Shown piece after piece: positions 10,536 to 20,519 of a DNA stretch of 64,000 nucleotides (the stretch's first letter is position 1; each line of letters begins with the position of its first letter). The translations under genes and the position numbers were made by a program. The stretch covers positions 26,412,001 to 26,476,000 of the forward strand of contig CM060731.1 in assembly GCA_030704615.1 (NCBI GenBank), written 5' to 3'. The notes beneath the pieces were generated by a model. It had not been told where the DNA came from, did not search any database, and saw only the letters and a program-made list of their open reading frames with translations. Origin of the DNA: Takakia lepidozioides. Taxonomy: Eukaryota > Plantae > Bryophyta.

Positions 10536-11285
10536 CTATGCTATCAACTTCCAGACTTCTCTCAAAGTGCCTCGCTCTGCTTGATGGTAAGGTGTAGGAG
10601 GTATATCTATGTCCAGAAACCTGCCACTAACCTTGTCCCAAGCTACAGTAGCTCGCTCTAACCAACCCTCCTCCTCTTTCTGCCAGGTAGAGACAAAGCA
10701 ACACTCTGCTATCTCCCGCTCACTGAACACTAAAGAAAACAAAGGTAGGGTCTGATAGTCTCTCAACTCGAAAGCTTTGAGACGATTGCGGGTGTCCTCA
10801 TTGCGAATGACTGCATCGCCTTCAAACAGAACAAACTTGTCCTCGCTAATGAACCCCCGCTCGTGGTTGCCTTGTGCAGAGCGTGTCCGACTGCAACACT
10901 GTCTAATTGCACAAACTTGTGCAGCTCCTGCTCCTCTGCTCCAGTACACCACGGCCTTGTGGCTGAACACCTTGGTCCCCGGGGCTGTCTTTGGCTGTGT
11001 TCCAAGCCTAGCTTTCACCCACTTTGGTATTTCACCTACAGCTGCAGAACTGCTGGCTCCAACAGAGTTCTGACTGTTCAAGGCGATATTGAGGCCCTCA
11101 ATGCCAACTACAGCAGTCTGTTGTCTACTGCTAATGCCTGACTCCCAGTATGCAATCAACTCGTCCAACTGTTCTCCACTCAAATCAGTCTGAGTTCCTT
11201 GGGAAACATAAATCGTGTCCCCTTGTGTGCACAGACTAAGAGAAGAGACCTGCCCTTCAATTACGTCCTCATTTCCCCCAGCCAT
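10536..11285 (-). CDS. Additional sense-strand ORF of the retroelement, unknown function (249 aa)
   Basis: Intact ATG ORF upstream of gag on the same strand; no recognisable motif. Confidence 0.5.
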   Translation of the reverse strand: MAGGNEDVIEGQVSSLSLCTQGDTIYVSQGTQTDLSGEQLDELIAYWESGISSRQQTAVVGIEGLNIALNSQNSVGASSSAAVGEIPKWVKARLGTQPKTAPGTKVFSHKAVVYWSRGAGAAQVCAIRQCCSRTRSAQGNHERGFISEDKFVLFEGDAVIRNEDTRNRLKAFELRDYQTLPLFSLVFSEREIAECCFVSTWQKEEEGWLERATVAWDKVSGRFLDIDIPPTPYHQAERGTLREVWKLIA

Positions 11286-11983
11286 GCATGGAGTACATCC
11301 ACCAATTTGTCTCTCATATAGACCAGCACAGGTTCTAGAGACAGGATTGTGGATCTTTCATGGCACACTCACACTCTAAAAATTCCATAGATTTTTAGCA
11401 GAGTCCCCAAAACAGAAACCAGGTTTAGATAGGTAGATTTCCCCTTTCTGCAGCTATCCCCCCAAAAACTGGGTCAAACAGAGTCCATTTGACAAAGATA
11501 TGATGAATTTGGCTCCAAATCATTCAAATTAGATTAAAAAGGGGGGTTTTTTTTTTTAAAGGTTTTCAAGTTTTTTTTAAATTCAAAGTTACACCCAAAA
11601 TATCTGGTAACTGGTTCCCGGTTCCCTAAGTTCTATATGGCATCCTAGGTTCCCTGGCCACGTGCCTGCTGTTCCCCTCCATTTCATTTGAGTTCAACAG
11701 CTCACCATGCTTTGGAATCCCAACCGTCTTCTACCACAAACCGTGGTGACGATGGAGTTCGTGAAGCGATCCTTCCCAGTGAACCCTCGAGAGACGAGTC
11801 CCCTGTGCACTTGATATACACTCTCTTAATAGAGATCAAAATCAGCAAGGAGACACCATTGACGACACCCAGAGATCAGAGACAAGTACTTGCGCAGTTC
11901 GGAGGCCACAGCATCCCCTCTGGACACTGAGCGGGGAATAGCTGCTACACAGCAGCTCAGTCTATCGTCAGCTCCTATACCTA

Positions 11984-12900
11984 CTAGCTTCCTGCCCCTG
12001 CCATAATCAAAGAGACAAGTGACACAACACCAGCTGGAAACACCTTTCCTGAATTTTTGTATCGAGAGCCCATCACAAACAAGAGAAGCCCTGAAACAGC
12101 AACACCGATAGAGGACGCAAGGACAGGGTTCGAGGGCAGGTTCAGATAGACATAATAGAGGATCAGAGCTGACCCTCCCCCTGACAGCAATGACTTACTG
12201 CTCCCAGACCAACAAGGACTGCATACGCCAAGGTCAGCTTCTGCGACATAGACAGCTTCATCTTTCCGTCACCACTTCCCTCTTCCTGTCCTCCCTCACC
12301 ACCGTTCCTGTTGCCTCCATTGCCCGACACTTGGGTTACATGCTCAGCCAGACCTTCAAAAACCTGGCCCAAAATTCACTGGCTGCTCGGACACTGACAT
12401 GACCAAACCTCTTTAACTCCAATCAGCCTGCTGCTGAGTTACGATCTCATCACCAAGCAAAATCTATCCCAATGCCCAGTTGAGCTGCCAGTCTCGCATT
12501 CACTTTCCCCACCAAGGCAGCTGCAGTACACTGACTGTCTTAGCTCCCTCCATGACAACCTCCCGCATTTGGGCAAGTTCAGCTTCACGGACCTCCCAGC
12601 GACTTAGCAGCTGCTTCAGGTCATGGTCCTAGCTAGCGCATGCTGGGCTGCAACCAGTTGCAGATCCTTATCGTGTAGAAACCCCTTCACTGCTCTCTTT
12701 CCATCTCCTGATGCCATGCTCCATCCTCCAGCCACTTCACTTGTTTCAGGCACCCAGGTCCCTATGGGCAGGTCACATGCTCCTGTGCCAGCCAGAACAG
12801 TGACATTCGACCCCTTCGTCTTCAGGAACAAGCTGGTAGCTTCCTTGATGTCATCAGTTTCCTGGACACTTAAACGGCAGTATGGTCGCCACCTCTAATT
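11984..12900 (-). pseudogene. Intronless captured copy of a plastid FAX/TMEM14-family (fatty acid export) gene
   Basis: SMSQKLTLAYAVLVGLG / SLLSGGGSALILYYV..PVLASSIG..VMGSRYKNSGKVFPAGVVSLVSLIM resembles plant TMEM14 FAX proteins. Internal deletion/frameshift at ~12200; N-terminal part degraded; upstream boundary approximate. Confidence 0.8.
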
Positions 12901-13210
12901 GAGGCAGTAGTGGTGACGAAAGGAGAAGAGAACACAGGGAAAGAGCGAGGAAAAATAAGGGCGGAGAACTGCTCATGTCAAAAGGTCAAAGCCAAAGAGG
13001 TCGAAACATTGTGCGAAGGGGGACTGTGTTTCTGCTGCCCTCTCCCACTTCACGCAACATTCAGCGTCCAGAGAGTGAAGTCCCTCAAATTTAGAGAGTG
13101 AACCCACCGGCAACAGGAGTGCTCTCAAGCGGACATTGAGCGCCCTCCACTGACTCAGTTGAGTGTGCAAACCTTTCTGCTCATGCAGTTCCAGCAGTCA
13201 ATACTCACTC

Positions 13211-13702
13211 CTAGTGATGATGATGTTCATGCCCTAGAAGACCACCCTCTCCTATCACCTTCAACTGAAAGACTGGACTGCAGACTGAGCATTCATACTG
13301 TTTGTCCTTCTCCAGCTTGAACCATGTCACATCATGCTCATCCTCACCAACACCTCCTGAGCACCCAACTATCCGCTCATCATAGTGTGACTCCACAATT
13401 GCAGGGGCATCCTTGGTTCCAAAGGGACCACGAGGCGGATCCAGATCAAAGCGCTTCCCACCCGAGCGCTCCGCTTCCAACTCCTCCAGCTCAACTCTTG
13501 TTGCAATTCCAAAATCGCCCGAGCTGCCTCCTGCACTTGCCAAATCACGACTACGATGCAACCACCGCGCATATGAGAGACCCCGATGTTCTGATTGCTC
13601 CGCTTGCAGTTGCGGGTTACACAGCAATGTCGGTGGAGGCACACATGGTACACGCCTGGATGCAACCAACCGTGAGAGCCTGCATCCAGCCGTCCTCAAC
13701 AT
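13211..13702 (-). CDS. COX5B: Intronless captured copy of cytochrome c oxidase subunit 5b with presequence
   Basis: GPFGTKDAPAIVESHYDERIVGCSGG..EHDVTWFKLEKDKQYECSVCSPVFQL; Arg/Ser-rich N-terminus from ATG 13702; lies inside the retroelement. Confidence 0.9.
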   Translation of the reverse strand: MLRTAGCRLSRLVASRRVPCVPPPTLLCNPQLQAEQSEHRGLSYARWLHRSRDLASAGGSSGDFGIATRVELEELEAERSGGKRFDLDPPRGPFGTKDAPAIVESHYDERIVGCSGGVGEDEHDVTWFKLEKDKQYECSVCSPVFQLKVIGEGGLLGHEHHHH

Positions 13703-14004
13703 AGCGCCCCACTCCCTCTGGGCCTTGCCATCACACCACCAGCTGCCATCGATATATCCTCCGCAGCCGGCGACGCCCTTACAGTGGAAGCACACCTCGC
13801 CAATGCCAACAGAAATATGGGCAGACCACCATTACTCTCTCTTCTACCACACCATTGCGACTGGAGATGTGAGACGAACTCAAGCTAGAGCCGTTCTATG
13901 CTCCTTGCTTGAGCTGCGTACAAGACCATGACCATCTATATTATAATAGTGCTTAAAAAAAACAAAAACATCATATCTAGCTTAGCACTGGAAAACTAGA
14001 TAGT

Positions 14005-14021
14005 GCCCATCTCTCTCGAGT
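14005..14021 (-). other. Self-complementary primer-binding site (pairs with 14211-14227 inside repeat B)
   Basis: catctctctcgagt (14008-14021) is the exact reverse complement of actcgagagagatg (14211-14224); no TGG tRNA-type PBS. Confidence 0.75.
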
Positions 14022-14377
14022 GATAACCAAACTAGATAAGGACACACACTCTCAACACAAGAAATATGCAATCCCTCAACATCACTCTTTAAGATAATAG
14101 TCGAGCCAGGGGCACCCCAAGCTATGGGGACTCCACCCCACAACAACCTACACTCCCATCATAAGCACACTCAGATCTGAAGAATGCAGGAGCTCGGTCG
14201 CGTAGGCTCAACTCGAGAGAGATGAGCTGCGCGACTGCCGCTCTCGTGAAGATAAGACAGACCAGGTGTCAAACTAAACTTGACACCTGATTTAACACTT
14301 GTCCTAAATCCAAGTGTTAAATACAAATAACTAGTTTTATTCTAGCTGTTTTCACACTGTGCTTATTTAACTTGACA
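14021..14377 (-). repeat. Repeat B, copy 1 (5' terminal, LTR-like)
   Basis: TGTCAAG...GGTTATCA on the minus strand; matches 1981-2337. Confidence 0.95.
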
Positions 14378-14530
14378 TGTACCTCGTGGAGCCGGTGTTG
14401 ATTGCTTTGCGGGAGTTTGATGAAAAACAACCAATAATGGGTAAAGCATGGTTGATATTGGAAAACCTTGAGAAGCACGTGCAATCCTTGATTTTCTATG
14501 GACGATGATTTGGCGGCAAGGACCGAGGAT
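14378..14530 (+). pseudogene. hAT transposase continuation after the insertion (includes right TSD)
   Basis: YLVEPVLIALREFDEKQPIMGKAWLILENLEKHVQSL; no C-terminal dimerisation domain seen afterwards (deleted). Confidence 0.85.
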
Positions 14531-14580
14531 GCATTGATGACACCGACTCTGACTCCAACGGTTGGGATGGGTCCGATGAT

Positions 14581-15252
14581 GTGGGCAATCCTCCACATGA
14601 CCCATATGAATTTAATGATGATGATGCTGCAATGCATCCATCCTTCGATGACCTTGTTGTTGATGAACTGCGACATGGTGTCATCCCAATTGCGGACCCC
14701 CTTCCCCCAGTGGAGCACACTCTCAACAATGAAGTTGAGGTCAACTCTCCCCCACCACGAGTTCCACGGACTGCGGGAAATGTGCAGGTCGAATCGTCGA
14801 ATGATGACAACCGGCCGTTATCATTCCTTCATCGACATCGTGCCCCTGTGACCCGTGCTTCATCTCACGCCGCTCCATCTCATGTTTCTTTTTTTCAAGC
14901 CGGTCCATCCCATGCTGGTCCATCTAGTCTCTCTCCCCCTCATGTAATTCCTTCCATCGCTACTCCGATCTTGGGAGATGCTTCTTCTGCTGCGGGACTT
15001 CTGCAAGTTGAACTATCGGATGACGACAACCGGCCATTGTCGTTTCATCTAGTCCGACGACGTCCGCATGTGAACCGTGCTCCCTCGACCCTCGCTGGTC
15101 CATCTCATGTCTCTTCCTCTCATGTCGCCCCTCTAATGTACGTGCAAGTAGTCTTCCTCATACGAGACCCGTTCCAAGGCCACCACGAAATCCGGGACAA
15201 GCCCAGAAACGACAGAGAATTGTGCAACCTTTTGTTGGTGACCGACCTGTGA
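14581..15252 (+). pseudogene. Low-complexity acidic/Ser-Pro ORF remnant (possible transposase tail)
   Basis: Internal repeat QVE.S.DDNRPLSF x2 and AGPSH repeats. Confidence 0.3.
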
Positions 15253-15351
15253 ACAGACCTGATACCCTAGATGGTATTCATGATAGGAGTAGAAATTGAC
15301 CAGAGAGACAACTGAACGTACTCCAAGGACGACTACAGGTCCAACGGCCAA

Positions 15352-16160
15352 TTGCCTCTGGAAACGAAAGAACAGATGGAGATCATGATGTACTGGGGGA
15401 CATGGGATGCTCCAAGAGAGATGCACGCCTTGGATGCGAAGACGTTAATTAGGGTTAAAGATCCGGTGACCTTTTGGGTGACATCCAACTGGGAAATAAC
15501 CGTGCGTGCTAGAGGCATACGGGATCCAGTCCAAAGGGAGATTTTTTGCCGGAACTTGCGAGGGCATTGGAGCTGTACCAGACAAAGATTCTTCCGATTG
15601 CCTGAGGATCCGTGGGTGCCAACGGAAAACGACCCATACAATCGCGGACCAATTGGGAGAGACCTATTTCTGAGGGAGTTGGAGGCCGCTAGCATCCGTT
15701 GGAAGGATATGAATGAGAGGTATTGGGTGCCTCGTCGAGATGAAGGGCCATTTCTTCCAGAGTTACGTAGAGACCCCCAGCAGGAGGAGGTGTTGGACAA
15801 TTTCAAGGCTGTTATCACGAGTGTTGTAAAGTATTGGCAAAACACATGGCGTGACCAAGTTGCCCCTATTCCAGGGGTGTTCTTGTCACAAACATATCAG
15901 ATTTAACTGAAAAATTGAATGAAGCCGTAGCAAGAGCGACAAACCCAGCTCTGACAAATGTGGAAGAGAGTCAGTACTCGCATAGAACGCTACGCATGAT
16001 GGCAAGGGTGGACCACACAACACTGGGTCCCTCTTTGACCACTCGAGCCCAGGCTCGAGCTCTCCGTACTGGTGGAGGCACGTCCTCTACACCCGGAGCA
16101 TCTTCATCAACATCTGGATATGACAACAACGAAGTAATAAATCTAGATGAAGATGACTAG
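15352..16160 (+). pseudogene. Orphan Trp-rich ORF of the DNA transposon, frameshifted at ~15900
   Basis: 184-aa and 81-aa ORFs joinable by one frameshift; ends EVINLDEDD. Confidence 0.45.
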
Positions 16161-16249
16161 AAAGGCTAGAAACGTAGGGAGTAGGCCAAAGGTCTCAGGT
16201 TGCGAAAACTTAAATGTGCAACCCACTGTATAGTCTACGTAATTTTTGG

Positions 16250-18050
16250 AAATACGAGGTTCATCCTTTGAACCATTTTTGAATGACCTCATACTTGTTC
16301 GGTATTTGTTTGACGGCATGTACAATATACTGGCAAAGTTTCAAAACAATCAAAAATTACTGAATGAAGATACCATTGGTTCACCCATTGCAATATTTTA
16401 AATCGAACTCATACTTGTCCGGTACCTTTAAGAGGGCATGTACAATGCAATGGCAAAGTTTGCAAGCATTCAGAAATCGACACATCAAGTAACCATTGGT
16501 TCCTCCTGTGAACCATTTTTTATTGATCTCATACTTGTCCGGTCCATGTAAGAGGCATGTAGAACATACTGGCAAAATTTCAAATCATTCAATTTTTTTT
16601 TGATCAAGGAACCTTTGGTTTATCCTTTTCACCATTAACGATTAATCACAAATAAATGAACAAACGAATAAATCGTTTGCCTCCAAATGATTTTGGTTCG
16701 CTTTGAGACATGGCCAATATATTCAATGTGCCATGGAAGAGGCCCCAGAGTAATATGAGATCAATCGAAATTCGTTCAATGGGCCAACGGATGGTTGCCC
16801 ATCCAAATGATTTTTGTTTGCTTTGAGGCTTGGCCAGTGTGTTCAATGTACCCTCTGATAGGTCCCAGTGTAATATGAGATCAATCGAAATTCGTTCAAT
16901 GGGCCAATGAGGCGTTCAGTTGTCATCTGTTTTTTTTCATTGCGAAAAAGAAATCCTGTAATGTGTGCACGGCTATTGCACCCATTGAACGGATGTGGTT
17001 GAAGCCTCTCTTTTGCTTGCATGTGCTTGAACATGTGTGTGACACATGTGCGGAGACATAACAGACGAATAGATCATTTGCCTCCCCATCGACACCAAGC
17101 CATTTCATAATGTAATTGAATTTAAAATTATTTTAAGCCAATAAATAGGGGGTTTCTGGCAAATAGGGCCTTTCATTGGGGGTTTTCTGGCACGTATCGA
17201 TTTTGTTTTTGGCTCAATTTTGTTTTGCGGCTTCAAGCATCCCATTGCTACTCCCCCGCCAAAATTTGGACCAATCAAAAATGCCCCAAAAAATAAATGT
17301 TCTCTTCGCTCACTATTGCAGAACTCTCTATGAAGAGTGCATGAAGTAGAGCACAAATCAAGTTTGGAGTGCAAAACGGGCAAGAAACTGTGGTTTTGGG
17401 TCCAAATGAATTTTGATCACTCCCAAATTTGGCACGCACCAAAAATGGAATGAAAAACAAAACATGAGCACGAGAAACGCAGTCCAACACGTCCCAAAGT
17501 AATAATAGATCCAACAGAATACATTCAATGGGTGAACGGATGGTTGCCCATCCAAATCATTTTTGTTTGCTTCCAAACTTTGCCAGTACGTTTGAGACAC
17601 CTTCTCATAGGTCCCGGACTAATATCAGATCAATCAAAATTCATTCGATGGCTCAATAGATGGTTGGCCATCGAAATGATTTTGGTTCGCTTTGAGACTT
17701 GTCCAGTATATTCAATGTACTATGGAAGAGGCTCCAAAGTAATACGAGATCAACCAAAATTCGTTCAATGGGCCGACGGATGGTTGCCCATCCAAATTAT
17801 TTTCGTTCGTTTTGAGACTTGACCAGTGTATTCAATGTACCCTCTGATAGGTCCCAGTGTAATATGAGATCAATCGTTAACGATTAATCATGAATCATCC
17901 AACAAGGGAACTGTTGGTTCACCCTTTGAACCATTTAACATTGACATCATATTTGTCCAGTAACTTTAAGAGGGCATGTACAAGACACTCGCAAAGTTTC
18001 AAATGAATCCAAAATCATTTGGCAAGGGAATGATCGGTTCACCCAAAGCC
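16250..18050. repeat. 120-bp satellite with an internal inverted, diverged block (16635-17890)
   Basis: Unit ttggttcaccc..catacttgtccggtacc..gagggcatgtacaa..gcaaagtttcaaa at ~120-bp spacing; reverse-complement-like units in the centre. Confidence 0.85.
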
Positions 18051-18054
18051 AATT

Positions 18055-18270
18055 CAGGGGCTGAAATTGCCATTTATGGGGCTCGAATTGCCAATTTGAG
18101 GGGCTGGACTTGCAATTTGAGGGGCTGAAGCTGCCATTCCAAGGGCTGCACTAGCAATTGCCATTGCACAGGCTACAGATGCAATTTGAGGGGCGGGAAT
18201 TGCCATTTCAGGGGCTAGAAGTGCAATTTGAGGGGTTGGAATTGACAATTTCAAGGGCTCAAATTACAAT
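18055..18270 (+). repeat. ~21-bp tandem minisatellite
   Basis: Repeated gcaatttgaggggctg..attgcc units; related degenerate tract at ~20350-20480. Confidence 0.8.
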
Positions 18271-18599
18271 CGTCGTCGTACCAGATGGAACTAGGTACAG
18301 CTATAACTTCTGTCACATGACGTGTAGTATGTTTCCATGGATATCCATGTTTCAGTTTGGGTACATGCATACGTGTACGGAAATAAAAATGGTGGAATAT
18401 GTGTACCCAAGAAAGGGTTTGGTGGTTGTGCGTGTGTTTGTGTTTCGTCATTACCTTTACATTGTTGATTTCCTATTATGGTTTCGAAAGCCACAAAGGC
18501 CAGGTGCAGCTCCCAACATTCATCTTCCCTTTCACAAATCCATGGGGAGTCGATACATGTGCTTTTCATCTGCCTCTCCAAACATACATACAGGTGCAA

Positions 18600-18790
18600 T
18601 GGGACCAACCTCCTAGTGGTCGCACCTATTTTTTTTAAAACAATAGTGCGACCACCAGTAGCGGTCGTCGCAACTGTTAAAATAAAAGAAAAATGTTGCA
18701 ACCACTCCCCTGCTGGTAATCGCACATATTTACTGATTTAATAGGTAGTAAGTTAGTACGTAGTAATGGGGGGGTTCCCTTATATAGCCT
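18600..18790 (+). repeat. GCGACC palindrome cluster followed by TATATA
   Basis: gtgcgaccaccagtagcggtcgtcgca and similar; TATATAG at ~18781. Confidence 0.7.
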
Positions 18791-19070
18791 CTCAAGGCGG
18801 TGGGATCCTTCTAGAAGCCCGCCGACCCTTGGAGCTTTCTAGAAGGCCCTGAACACATGTCAACCCAAACAAAATCAAGCTAGCTTGCATTCCTGCGCCA
18901 ACCCGCATTTCCGCCACAGGGCAGAGGAGGTACATACAACATTGTGGGGTCAACCGTTCGTCAACAACAAGGTCCCTTATTTATTTGCGGCCATGTTGTA
19001 CACATGGTTGATTTTATTGCGACTAGTGGATTGACAAACTGCCACTGCGAGATAACATACTAGACTATAC

Positions 19071-20299
19071 ATGTTCTCTGATATCCCAGACTTGTATATA
19101 CGTCAGGGGCAGGACATCGTACGGTTGGCTGGAAACGACGAGGTGGAAGAAGGAGGAAAGGCAGACCAACCTCTAGATTATATGCCGCAACAGGTTTCCG
19201 CAGCCAGGCCTTCAACGTCTGAGGTGGAGGGGGGCGAGGTACGCTCTCCGTTGGAAGAACAGTGGGCTACACATGAACAGCACATCAAGGACCTACACGA
19301 CATTGTTCATTTGCAACGGTGGAAAATAGCAAAGTTGCTGGAAAGAATGGGGTTGGGGACTCTCGACAGTGTACGCGGTGTGCTTCAGGACCCGAGGCCA
19401 ATCACCAACGAGCAAGACATATTGGCGCGTTGAATATGCCACCAATGGACATTGACCGCGTCATCGACGGGGTTGACTCAATCGGGCATGGGAATGAAGT
19501 GCAAACGCCTGAACTGGACCCGGCGAGGGTTGAGGAAGAAAGACTTGCGGCGGAGAGGGCAAGAAAAGGGAAAGACCCCATAGTGGAAATTGGGGAATGT
19601 TCAGCCGTGCAAATTACATCAGCCCAGGAACAGGAATTAGAGCAGCTTGTGGGGGAACGCGAGCAAGCTAGGGTTGTTGCATATCGGTACTCAAATGCCA
19701 TGCAAATCCGATCGTGGCCATGGTTGAAGGGGAATTGGCGGAATTGGGTGACATGGGCAGGCCATCTAGCATCGCGAGAAACACGGATAGAAAAAGCGCT
19801 GTCCTCCCTCCAACGTGCAGCACGTTTGTCGAATCGAAACATAGATAGCATCTATGCTAATTTGCAAAGGCATGACACTGTGCGTGATGTATTCACGTCA
19901 AAGTACACTGGATTCACCACATGGGGTGATGTGGATGCCATGTTTGAGCACTGCGTGCATACAATTTCCGATACCAATAAGAGCATAAACTGGGATTTGG
20001 AAGTAGAGGAGGAGTGGGATAGTAGGCCGAGGATGTCATCCAACATTCATGAGGATAAACGGACGTGGATACCACAGAGCAATCCAGCGTCATGGGTAAC
20101 AGATGGTACGGTGTACACAATGTGCCTAAACCCTTACGGACCGGAGGGAGACTATATGCTTGGTTCATGTGGCCATTGGTTCCATCCCACATGTCTCATA
20201 TCGGCAGCCATGCGAGCCAGCCAATGCCCTGACTGCCGTGGACCAATCCATCGACGTTTCTACGAGTTGTTTGGGTTGCAAGACCATATGCCCACGTGA
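19071..20299 (+). pseudogene. Coiled-coil + C-terminal RING-H2 protein, frameshifted
   Basis: (Y)TMC..CGHWFHPTC..CPDC with the first Cys replaced by Tyr; overlapping ORFs 19071-19433 and 19319-20299. Confidence 0.7.
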
Positions 20300-20519
20300 T
20301 ACGAGTACAACCGGTACAACATGCCATTGGATGTATCGCCTTACGATTTTTTAAATTGGGTTGAGGGGCGGCTGGGGTTGGTCATTTTAGGGACTAGCAT
20401 TACCAATTTTAAGGGCTTGAATTGCATTTTGAATTGTAATTCAAGGGTTACAATGGGCCATTGGAGGGCTAGAATTACCAAAGCAATGACATCCAAAGTA
20501 ATATAAAATTATTTGATAG

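Larger units (their letters stand above)
1895..14377 (-). mobile_element. Ty3/Gypsy-type retrotransposon with split direct repeats, C5 DNA methyltransferase and PHD finger
   Basis: TGTC...GACA termini and 4-bp TSD; domain order gag-PR-DNMT-RT-RH-IN-PHD; repeats A (87 bp x2) and B (357 bp x2). Confidence 0.95.

Noticed and set aside
1895-14377. DIRS/PAT/Ngaro classification because of split repeats and a methyltransferase
   Set aside because: No tyrosine recombinase ORF is recognisable; a full HHCC-DDE integrase, protease, TG..CA ends and a TSD indicate Ty3/Gypsy enzymology.
18054-18254. Ala/Pro-rich ORF (APQIA repeats)
   Set aside because: Translation of a 21-bp minisatellite, not a gene.
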